A stretch of 64,000 nucleotides of DNA from assembly GCF_025464835.1 (NCBI RefSeq), contig NZ_JAODMP010000096.1, positions 8,755 to 72,754 of the forward strand, read 5' to 3'. Shown here piece by piece: positions 18,532 to 26,190 of the stretch. Made by a program: the position numbers and the translations under genes. The DNA is from Mycetocola sp. (lineage in GTDB: Bacteria; Actinomycetota; Actinomycetes; Actinomycetales; Microbacteriaceae). Position 1 is the first letter of the stretch, and the number at the start of each line of letters is the position of its first letter. A model generated the notes under the pieces. It searched no databases and was not told the DNA's origin. It saw only the letters and a list, made by a program, of their open reading frames with translations.

Positions 18532-19631
18532 TGGCCGAGACAGACTCCGCGGAGCGCACCGAGCAAGCCACAGACAAGCGGATGAAGGAGGTCAGGTCAA
18601 AGGGTCAGCTTTCGAAGTCGCAGGACCTGACCGCCTGGCTGGGGATCGGCGCCGCTGCCCTGATGATGCCCGCCACGGTTGCCCTCGCCGCTGATGCCGC
18701 CACGTTGCAGTTGTTCCAGGTCGGAGCCATCGCGTCGGACCCGGATCCGGGTGAGGCACTGGGGACCCTCGGACTCGGACTCGAGTCCCTGATGTCGAGC
18801 CTTGCCCCGATTCTCGCCGTCGTCGGTGTCGTGGTCCTGATCGGATCGGTCGTTCAGGGCGTGCACGTCAAGAAGCTCAAGGGCAAGTACGAGCAGTTCA
18901 ACCTCGTATCGGGCATGAAGCGTGTCTTCGGGATGCAGGCGATATGGCAGGGCGCGAAGGCGCTCATGAAGACGATCGTCGTCGGCCTCGTCCTTTACGT
19001 CGTGATCCAGGGCCTGATGCCGTTGCTCATGGGAGCAGGGGGCTTGTCGGTATCCGCCGTCCTCGAGGCCGCCGCAGCGGGCACCGGGTCACTCCTCCAA
19101 ACGGCCGTGGCAGCGGGCCTCGTCCTCGCTGCTGCAGACGTGTTCGTCGTCATGCGCCGCAACCAGAAGAGAACACGGATGACGAAGAAGGAGGTGCGCG
19201 ACGAGAACAAGAGCTCGGAAGGCGACCCTCTCATCAAGTCGCAACGCCGTTCACGGCAACTCGCGATGAGTCGCAACCGGATGATCGCATCCGTCGCCGG
19301 CTCCGACGTCGTGCTCGTGAACCCCACCCACGTCGCCGTCGCGCTCTCCTACGAGCCCGGAAAATCGGCGCCCCGCGTCGTCGCCAAGGGTTCAGGCATC
19401 ATTGCGGCTCGCATCCGAGCCGAAGCCGAGGCGAAAGGCGTCCCCATGGTGCAGGACATCCCGCTCGCCCGGGCGTTGCACGCCGCGTGCGAACTCGGGC
19501 AGGAGATCCCCGTCGATCTCTACAACGCCGTCGCGCAAGTTCTCATGTTCGTGATGTCGCTTCGCCGCCGCGGTGCGACCCGGGGCATGCACACCATGAC
19601 TTCACCCGTTCTCAGCCCAGGAGGCGCCTGA
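18531..19631 (+). CDS. flhB: flagellar export switch protein FlhB
   Basis: 366 aa with N-terminus ERTEQATDKRMKEVRSKGQLSKSQDL and the autocleavage motif NPTHVAVAL. Confidence 0.96.
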   Translation: MAETDSAERTEQATDKRMKEVRSKGQLSKSQDLTAWLGIGAAALMMPATVALAADAATLQLFQVGAIASDPDPGEALGTLGLGLESLMSSLAPILAVVGVVVLIGSVVQGVHVKKLKGKYEQFNLVSGMKRVFGMQAIWQGAKALMKTIVVGLVLYVVIQGLMPLLMGAGGLSVSAVLEAAAAGTGSLLQTAVAAGLVLAAADVFVVMRRNQKRTRMTKKEVRDENKSSEGDPLIKSQRRSRQLAMSRNRMIASVAGSDVVLVNPTHVAVALSYEPGKSAPRVVAKGSGIIAARIRAEAEAKGVPMVQDIPLARALHAACELGQEIPVDLYNAVAQVLMFVMSLRRRGATRGMHTMTSPVLSPGGA

Positions 19632-19632
19632 C

Positions 19633-21684
19633 GTGAACCGAAACCTCTCCAAGATCGCCGTTCCCCTCGGCGTCGTCGGCATCCTCATGCTGCTCATCGT
19701 CCCTGTTCCTGCCGGGCTGCTCGACGTGCTGATCATCATCAACATCCTCTTCGCGCTCGTCATCCTGCTCACCACGATGTTCGTCCGCAAACCGCTCGAC
19801 TTCTCGGTGTTCCCCTCTCTGCTGCTCGTCGCGACGCTGTTCAGGCTGGGACTGAACGTGGCATCCACCCGGCTCGTCCTCGGTGACGGGTACGCCGGCC
19901 AGGTGATCGAGGCGTTCGGCCACGTTGCCGTCGGCGGATCCATCGTGATCGGCGCCGTCGTCTTCCTCATCCTCGTGGTCATTCAGTTCGTCGTCGTCAC
20001 CAAGGGCGCCGAGCGGGTCGCCGAGGTCGGCGCGCGCTTCACCCTCGACGCCATGCCTGGCAAGCAGATGGCGATCGATGCGGACCTCAATGCCGGACTC
20101 ATCACCGACATCCAGGCCCGCGAGCGCCGCGCAGAGGTCTCGGCTGAGGCTGACTTCTACGGTGCGATGGATGGCGCGTCGAAGTTCGTCAAGGGCGATG
20201 CCATAGCCGGGATCATCATCATTCTGATCAACATCGTCGGCGGCATCGCGATCGGCATGCTCCAGAACGGCATGGAGCTCGGCGAGGCCGTCAGCACGTA
20301 CACGCTGCTCACCATCGGTGACGGCCTGGTCACCCAGATCCCTGCGCTGCTGATGGCGGTGTCCACCGGCATGATCGTGACGCGATCGAACGCCGAATCC
20401 GACATGGGCTCGACGGCATCCGCTCAGCTGTCCCAGTCGAGGAACGCCCTGATGATCGCTGGAGGTGCGGCCATCGCGATGGCGCTGATCCCCGGCATGC
20501 CGGTGCTCCCGTTCATCGGGGTCGGCCTCTTCTTGCTCTTCGCCGCACAGCGGATCAAGGCCACCGAAGCGGCGAAAAAGGCATCCGCAGAGCTGGCTGA
20601 AAGCGAAGACGCTGCTCCCCGCCCGGAGACGACCGAGGAACTGATGGAGCGGATGCGCGTGCACGCCCTCGAGATCCTGCTCGCGCCCGACCTGGTCAGC
20701 ATGGTGTCCGGGTCCTCCGACGACCTGCTCGCCCGGGTGAGGGCGCTGCGCCGCACCATCGCCATGGACCTCGGGGTCATCGTTCCGCCGGTCCGGACCA
20801 GGGACAGCGTCGACCTGCCCTCGTCGACCTACGTCATCCGGATCGCCGGAGTCGAAGCCGGCCGGGGCCTCGCGCCGACCGGCAAGGTGCTTGCCCTCGG
20901 CGACGCCCTCGACACGTTGCCCGGGCAGTCGACAGTGGAACCGGTCTTCGGGCTGGTCGGCAAATGGGTGCCACAGGAAATGCGGCACAGCGCCGAGATG
21001 ACGGGGGCCACGGTGATCGACCGGGTTTCGGTGGTTGTCACGCACCTGTCATCGATCATCACCGGCAACGCCGCCAGGCTGCTGACTCGTGAAGACGTGC
21101 GGCTTCTCACCGACGGCATCAAACAGGTGAACCCGTCGGCCGTCGAGGAGCTGACCCCGTCGCTGCTGAGCCTCGCCGAGATCCAGCGCGTGCTACAGGG
21201 GCTGCTTGCCGAACAGATTCCGATCAACGACCTGTCACGGATCTACGAGGCGCTGTCGCTGCGTGCGAAGGTCTCCACCGATCCGGAAGGGTTGATCGAA
21301 GCCGCCCGTCAGTCGCTGGGCCCTGCCCTGTCCAGCCGATATCTCGACGGACGCACGCTGCGGGTGATCATGATCGATCCCACCCTTGAGCAGTCCATGC
21401 TCGAAGCGATGCGACCCTCAGAGGTCGGCACGCAGATCCTTCTTGATGCGACCAGGATCGAATCGCTGTTCGCCTCACTGAAGGGTGCGGTGACACGCGC
21501 GGAAGGGAACGGACATTCCGCGGTGCTGGTTTGCGCCCCCGCCCTCCGCCCCGCGATCAAACGCCTCGTATCCGGCCAGTCTCACGGTCTTCCGGTGCTG
21601 TCCTATCAGGAAGCAGGCGCTGCGAACGTCGACATCGAGACGGTGGGGGTGATCGGCGATGCCCAATCGATTCCGGCGTCCTGA
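19633..21684 (+). CDS. flhA: flagellar export gate protein FlhA
   Basis: 683 aa with the FHIPEP motif FLILVVIQFVVVTKGAERVAEVGARFTLDAMPGKQMAIDADL and a large cytoplasmic C-terminal domain. Confidence 0.97.
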   Translation: MNRNLSKIAVPLGVVGILMLLIVPVPAGLLDVLIIINILFALVILLTTMFVRKPLDFSVFPSLLLVATLFRLGLNVASTRLVLGDGYAGQVIEAFGHVAVGGSIVIGAVVFLILVVIQFVVVTKGAERVAEVGARFTLDAMPGKQMAIDADLNAGLITDIQARERRAEVSAEADFYGAMDGASKFVKGDAIAGIIIILINIVGGIAIGMLQNGMELGEAVSTYTLLTIGDGLVTQIPALLMAVSTGMIVTRSNAESDMGSTASAQLSQSRNALMIAGGAAIAMALIPGMPVLPFIGVGLFLLFAAQRIKATEAAKKASAELAESEDAAPRPETTEELMERMRVHALEILLAPDLVSMVSGSSDDLLARVRALRRTIAMDLGVIVPPVRTRDSVDLPSSTYVIRIAGVEAGRGLAPTGKVLALGDALDTLPGQSTVEPVFGLVGKWVPQEMRHSAEMTGATVIDRVSVVVTHLSSIITGNAARLLTREDVRLLTDGIKQVNPSAVEELTPSLLSLAEIQRVLQGLLAEQIPINDLSRIYEALSLRAKVSTDPEGLIEAARQSLGPALSSRYLDGRTLRVIMIDPTLEQSMLEAMRPSEVGTQILLDATRIESLFASLKGAVTRAEGNGHSAVLVCAPALRPAIKRLVSGQSHGLPVLSYQEAGAANVDIETVGVIGDAQSIPAS

Positions 21685-22417
21685 CCCGAACGGCACGCCG
21701 GTGCAGCCCGCACCGATGGTGTTCCCCGGAATGGCCGCGGTGCTCGATTCGATCGACGTCGAGGAACGCAAGCTGCACAGAGAAAGCAGCGGTGCGGCGC
21801 CCGGTCCTCTGGGCGCTCAGGGGTTTGCGCAAGTGCTCGATGACCTCACGGCTAACCTGGCGACCGACCGGCCAGTGCTGCCTGAGCGCCTGAAGCGGCG
21901 TCCGGCGGTCCCTCGGCCGCTCGGCGCCCCCGGTGACCTGATCCTTGTGATCGGTGCGGCCGTCGATGCCCTCTCGGTTGTCCGCTCGATGGCGGCGGCT
22001 TCGACCACCCGTGAGATCGCGGTGGCCGGTTCGATCGAGCTGGCTGGAACGGTCCGGGTCGACGACCGCCGCAGCGCGGTTCGAGCCCGCGCGATCGGAG
22101 TACACACCATCAGTCCGGTCTTCGTGGCGTTCGGGCTCGACCGCTCCACGATGGACCGGTCCAACTGGGACGAGCTCGTGCTCAGCATCTCGCCCGATCA
22201 GGTGTGGGTCGCCGTTGACGCGGGCCGAAAACCCGACGACACGGCCCTCTGGGTTCACGCTGTCGCCGCGCGCATCCCGATCGACGCGGTGGCCGTCGAA
22301 GGCAGCGCGCTCACTGCCAGCCCGGAGACGGTCGAGGAGCTGAACCTGCCGATCGGCTGGGTGGATGGTCTCGCCCCGGGTCCGGCCCGGTCACCCCGGC
22401 CGGTATGGGATAGTTGA
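21659..22417 (+). CDS. hypothetical protein, FlhF/SRP-GTPase-like fold with degenerate nucleotide-binding motifs (start uncertain; alternative ATG at 21716)
   Basis: It occupies the flhF position after flhA. The segment GDLILVIGAAVDALSVVRSMA...REIAVAG...VWVAVDAGRKPDDTALWV...IDAVAVEGSALTASPETVEELNLPIGWVDG parallels the FlhF G domain. There, the corresponding stretches are ValvGPTGVGKTTT, vafiTtDTYR, vlsAT.k.eD, ifTKlDET and G.P..fvt.GQ. The P-loop, DTAG and TKxD residues are all replaced. Confidence 0.5.
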   Translation: MPNRFRRPDPNGTPVQPAPMVFPGMAAVLDSIDVEERKLHRESSGAAPGPLGAQGFAQVLDDLTANLATDRPVLPERLKRRPAVPRPLGAPGDLILVIGAAVDALSVVRSMAAASTTREIAVAGSIELAGTVRVDDRRSAVRARAIGVHTISPVFVAFGLDRSTMDRSNWDELVLSISPDQVWVAVDAGRKPDDTALWVHAVAARIPIDAVAVEGSALTASPETVEELNLPIGWVDGLAPGPARSPRPVWDS

Positions 22418-22421
22418 GCGG

Positions 22422-22667
22422 ATGCTAGTTCTTACACGCAAACCCGGCGAGCGTATCGTCATCGGCGACGACATCGTCGTGACGTTCCTCGAATCCCGTG
22501 GCGACAGCATCCGGATCGGCATCGAGGCGCCTTCAGGCGTCAAGATCCAGCGCGACGAGATCGTGCAGGCCGTCACTGAGGCCAACCGCGCCGCGGTTGA
22601 GACAGATTCGTCCGCTGAAGATCGCATCAAGGCGGCGCTGGGCTACCTGCCCCCGACCGCCGGCTGA
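22422..22667 (+). CDS. csrA: carbon storage regulator CsrA (flagellin translation repressor type)
   Basis: MLVLTRKPGERIVIGDDIVVTFLESRGDSIRIGIEAPSGVKIQRDEIVQAV is a near-canonical CsrA. The ORF-track start at 22365 overlaps the upstream gene and is rejected. Confidence 0.93.
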   Translation: MLVLTRKPGERIVIGDDIVVTFLESRGDSIRIGIEAPSGVKIQRDEIVQAVTEANRAAVETDSSAEDRIKAALGYLPPTAG

Positions 22668-22679
22668 CCGCACGCGCGT

Positions 22680-22722
22680 GTTCACGCACTCCGGACGCGT
22701 ACACGCGGCGCACCGCGTGAAC
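22680..22722. terminator. GC-rich dyad in the csrA / fliW convergent spacer
   Basis: GTTCACGC (22680-22687) pairs with GCGTGAAC (22715-22722). The loop contains a nested CGCG-UACA-CGCG. There is no U tract on either side. Confidence 0.35.
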
Positions 22723-22766
22723 CAGTCCGCACGGAGTGATGTGGTACTGCGGCGCCACAGTTCCAG

Positions 22767-23150
22767 CTAGCGGGCGACGGATGCCAAATCGGCCTTCAGC
22801 GGCCAGTCCTGACCTTCGAGGATGATCTGGGCGCATCCGCCTGTCACCCGGTTGAGGACAATCGGGGCCATCAGGTTGACCGTCGTCGCTTCGTTCTCTC
22901 CCGGATTGATCACCACGAGGACCGAAGCGTCCTCCGCGGCTTCCAGGCCGAGGAGTTCGCACTGCTCGTCAGCTATCGTCGGCTGGTACCGCGGAAGGTG
23001 GAGTCCGGCGTCGAGAACGAACAGCCGGGGACCGCCTTTGGCCGTCGACGTCAACGAGTACAACCCTGGTGCGCCGTCGGTCTCGACGAGCGAGAAATCC
23101 ACCAGCGGTTCCAATCCCGGGGGTGAAACGAGAAAGCTGAGCGCGCTCAT
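22767..23150 (-). CDS. fliW: flagellar assembly factor FliW (CsrA antagonist)
   Basis: 127 aa. GLEPLVDFSLVETDGAPGLYSLTS...PRLFVLDAGLHLPRYQPTI...VLVVINPGENEATTVNLMAPIVLN matches the FliW family pattern. It overlaps flgL by 4 nt. Confidence 0.88.
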   Translation of the reverse strand: MSALSFLVSPPGLEPLVDFSLVETDGAPGLYSLTSTAKGGPRLFVLDAGLHLPRYQPTIADEQCELLGLEAAEDASVLVVINPGENEATTVNLMAPIVLNRVTGGCAQIILEGQDWPLKADLASVAR

Positions 23151-24031
23151 CGGAGGAAGTCCATCAGGGTGGGTTGCAGGACGCGCGCCGTTACCGCGAG
23201 TGCGCTCTGGTAGGCGACCTCCTGCATCTGAAGACCGAGGATGGTCTTGGTGAGGTCGATGTCCTCCACCTCGGCGCGTTGCCCCTCGAGTGATACGGAT
23301 TTTTCCACGTTGACCTCCATGGCCCGCTGGATTTCGGCGTGCCGAGCGCCGACGGTGGCGTGCCGGCCCCGGACGGCTTCCTGGTGCCCGTCGATCGAGG
23401 CAAGATGACCGCCGATGTTCGTCCCGCTGCGCAAGTCGCTGACGATGGTTGATACGAGGGCGAAGACGGAGTCGGTTCCGACACCGAACACGGCGGCGCC
23501 GTCGGCGTCCACTCGCACAGTGGTCCCCGGGCCGATCCGTCGTTCCACGCTTGAGCCGGGCGCGCCGGTGTAGGCGAACGTCGACGTGAAAGCTTCGCCG
23601 ACATCAGAGTTTCCCGCGAAAACCGAACGTCCCAGATAGGTTGCGTTCGCCTGGCTCAGCAGCTCGGACCGCAAGCTCTCCAGCTCGACTGCGATCGCCT
23701 CTTTCGCGGAAGGCGACAGCACGCCGTCGTTCGCGCCCTTCACGGTCAGGTCTCGGATCTTATTCATCAGAGTTGACGCGTTGGACAGTGCCGAGTCGAC
23801 CGTATTCAGCCAGGCATCGCCGTCGCTGATGTTGCGGCCGTACTGTTCATTGGCCCGCTGCTCTGCCCGGATCGTCAGGGCGTTTGCCGTGCCGGTCGGG
23901 TCGTCGGACGGCCGGCTGATGAGCTTGCGGCTCGACGCCTGCTCCTGCAGTTTCGCCAGCTCGCTCATCGTGGATTGCAGGTTATTGAGCGCTGAGCGCA
24001 TCATCGTCTGGCTGGTCACGCGCGGGATCAC
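23147..24031 (-). CDS. flgL: flagellar hook-filament junction protein FlgL (HAP3)
   Basis: 294 aa with a flagellin-like N-terminus RVTSQTMMRSALNNLQSTMSELAKLQEQASSRKLISRPSDDPTGTANAL and C-terminus DIDLTKTILGLQMQEVAYQSALAVTARVLQPTLMDFL. Confidence 0.9.
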   Translation of the reverse strand: MIPRVTSQTMMRSALNNLQSTMSELAKLQEQASSRKLISRPSDDPTGTANALTIRAEQRANEQYGRNISDGDAWLNTVDSALSNASTLMNKIRDLTVKGANDGVLSPSAKEAIAVELESLRSELLSQANATYLGRSVFAGNSDVGEAFTSTFAYTGAPGSSVERRIGPGTTVRVDADGAAVFGVGTDSVFALVSTIVSDLRSGTNIGGHLASIDGHQEAVRGRHATVGARHAEIQRAMEVNVEKSVSLEGQRAEVEDIDLTKTILGLQMQEVAYQSALAVTARVLQPTLMDFLR

Positions 24032-24034
24032 GGG

Positions 24035-25459
24035 CTACCTCCCCACAATTCCGGTGCGATTGATCAGGGTGTCGAGCATCTCATCGACCGCCGTCATCAC
24101 GCGGGCGGCTCCCTGATATGCGGACTGGAACATGAGCAGGCTGACGTTCTCCTCGTCCAGGTCGACAGAGGCGTTCGCCAGTTGGGCGTTCGATGCGGAT
24201 GCCGCGGCCAGTTCGGCGAGCGACGCCTGCTGAAGCTCTGTGCGTGCGACGACGCCTGTGCGGGAGACGAAACCTGCCCAGATCGTGTCGGGGGAGGTCG
24301 CGGCCGTGCCGATCTGGGAGATGGCATCCGCGTTCGAGCCGTCAAGCCCGCCGGAGCCCGGGGCAGCAGCGGCGATTCCGCTTGCGTCAGTGGGGATCAC
24401 GGACAGTCCGCGAGCCGCGGGGCCGGTCGGGCTGATCAAGAAGAAGTCCACGTTGGTCGCGCCTGTGGCGGTGATTCCTGTGCGGTGGACGGTGTTGACC
24501 TGGCTAGCGACAGCTACCGCGAGTTCGTTGTATGACTGGGCCGCCTCGGCGATCAAGCCTCCCGTTTTGGTGGCGTCGATGGGGGCAAGCACCGAGATTG
24601 CGCCGGCGATCTCGCCACCGGTCAACGCCACGGGGGTGCCTGGGCGATGGACCCACTCGAGCCGGACGGGGGAATCCGTCGCCCCGTCCAGGAGGTAGGA
24701 GCCCGCGACAGCAACCGGACGAACGGTGTCGCCGGAGACGATCGCGTTGCCGGCAAGGAGAACGTCGATCATGCCGTCCGGGCGACCGGAAACCGTCGCG
24801 CCCGTGAGGGCGGACATGGTCGTCGTGAGGGCGTTGCGCTGGTCGAGAAGCTCGCTGACGGTCCCCCCTGCGGCGAGGGTCGACCTAATCGTCACGTTGA
24901 GCTTCGCAACCTGCGTCGCCGCCGAGTTCAGTTCGTCAGTCATGCCGCCTAGTTCGCTGCGAACGTGAGCCCACTGGGACTGCATCTCCTCATAGCCGCG
25001 CGCGATCTGGGAGACGAGGACACCCGCCTGTTCGAGAACGATGCCTGCGGCGGCCGAGGACCCGGCGCTGTTGGACAGTCCCTGCCAGGATGCCCAGAAC
25101 TCCTGCAACTGAGCCGAAAGTCCATTCTCGCCCGGCTCACGGAGCGAAACCTCGATCTCCGCTATAGCGTTGCCTCGAACCGCCGAGTACCCGGCGAGAC
25201 CGGCCGACGAGCGTACCCGGGCGTCAAGGTGGACATTGCCGAGCCGCGCTATGGACTCGACCGTCACTCCGCCACCGACCTGAGCGGTTGATGCCAGTGG
25301 CCCCACCGAGCCGAGCGCACCGATGGCGCTCGTGGTGACACGCTGCCGGGTGTAGCCGACGGTGTTCGAGTTGGCAATGTTCTGGCCGACGACGTCGAGG
25401 CCCTGCCGTGCGGCGACGAGTCCGGTGTATGCGGTGTTCAGCCCGCTGAAAGTGCTCAT
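24035..25459 (-). CDS. flgK: flagellar hook-associated protein FlgK (HAP1)
   Basis: The ATG at 25459 gives MSTFSGLNTAYTGLVAARQGLDVVGQNIANSNTVGYTRQRV. The C-terminus is EENVSLLMFQSAYQGAARVMTAVDEMLDTLIN. Confidence 0.93.
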   Translation of the reverse strand: MSTFSGLNTAYTGLVAARQGLDVVGQNIANSNTVGYTRQRVTTSAIGALGSVGPLASTAQVGGGVTVESIARLGNVHLDARVRSSAGLAGYSAVRGNAIAEIEVSLREPGENGLSAQLQEFWASWQGLSNSAGSSAAAGIVLEQAGVLVSQIARGYEEMQSQWAHVRSELGGMTDELNSAATQVAKLNVTIRSTLAAGGTVSELLDQRNALTTTMSALTGATVSGRPDGMIDVLLAGNAIVSGDTVRPVAVAGSYLLDGATDSPVRLEWVHRPGTPVALTGGEIAGAISVLAPIDATKTGGLIAEAAQSYNELAVAVASQVNTVHRTGITATGATNVDFFLISPTGPAARGLSVIPTDASGIAAAAPGSGGLDGSNADAISQIGTAATSPDTIWAGFVSRTGVVARTELQQASLAELAAASASNAQLANASVDLDEENVSLLMFQSAYQGAARVMTAVDEMLDTLINRTGIVGR

Positions 25460-25464
25460 CGGCG

Positions 25465-26025
25465 TCACAGGTCCTTGTCGAAGAGGCGGGCAGCGGTCGT
25501 CTGAGCGTCTGCGGCACCGCTCGCGTTGTAGACGCCCGAGTCGGCGGATGTCTGTGCGAGCGTCTCGTGAGTCGACCGGGAAGCCGCCCGGAGCATGCGC
25601 TCGTTGGTGTCTCTGAGCACAGTGATGTCGGCCGTGAGTTGCGTCAGAGCCGCCAGGTGGCTCGCGAAGATATCGGACCAGGGACCAGCGGGCGCGTGTT
25701 CGATCAGGTGGCGGAGAGTCGCATCTTCACTCGTCCCCCAGTTCAGGGCGACCGCGGCCACTTCGACGCTGCGGGCGAGTCCGACATCCCGGAGACTTGC
25801 GACCACCTGCTCGATCTCGTTCGTGGCATGGTGCAGCCATTGAGTCTTGCCCGTTGTGAGCAGGAGCTGTTCCACCTCGAGCTTGAAAATGAGAAGTTCG
25901 AGCAGTTCCCGTTCCCGCCAGATCAGAGCGGAGAGCTCGTTCGCGCCCATGTCGTCCAACTTCCGTGATCCGTCGGTGAGAGCACGTGCTGCGTAGGGCA
26001 GGAGTGCGATGTCGGCTTCGCTCAT
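25465..26025 (-). CDS. flgN: FlgN-family flagellar export chaperone (start reassigned to the ATG at 26025)
   Basis: It lies upstream of flgK, as in the Bacillus flgM-flgN-flgK-flgL order. It is a helical protein with ELSALIWRERELLELLIFKLEVEQLLLTTGKTQWLHHATNEIEQVV. A GAGGAG RBS sits 9 nt before the ATG at 26025. The ORF-track TTG at 26058 would abut the -10 element of the promoter motif. Confidence 0.7.
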   Translation of the reverse strand: MSEADIALLPYAARALTDGSRKLDDMGANELSALIWRERELLELLIFKLEVEQLLLTTGKTQWLHHATNEIEQVVASLRDVGLARSVEVAAVALNWGTSEDATLRHLIEHAPAGPWSDIFASHLAALTQLTADITVLRDTNERMLRAASRSTHETLAQTSADSGVYNASGAADAQTTAARLFDKDL

Positions 26026-26058
26026 GCGTGAGCACTCCTCGTCGTTGGTCATTTCCAA

Positions 26059-26086
26059 CTATCGGCGAGGGTGAGGACCATGTTAG
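26059..26086 (-). promoter_or_regulatory. candidate sigma-28/WhiG-type promoter of flgN-flgK-flgL-fliW
   Basis: The minus strand reads CTAAC-N15-GCCGATAG, the best match of the three copies to TAAA-N15-GCCGATAA. Confidence 0.6.
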
Positions 26087-26190
26087 GGCTTTTGGCCCGT
26101 GACATCCGAGTTCTTCGTCGACGATGTCATCTGGGCGCGCAGCGGTTCGGCCGGCGCATCAGATGAACACCCGCCCCGGGGGCAAGGCTC

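Noticed and set aside
19612-21045. 477-aa minus-strand ORF
   Set aside because: It is fully antisense to flhA, which is unambiguous. The translation is Arg/Asp/Gly/His-rich low-complexity sequence, typical of shadow ORFs in high-GC DNA.
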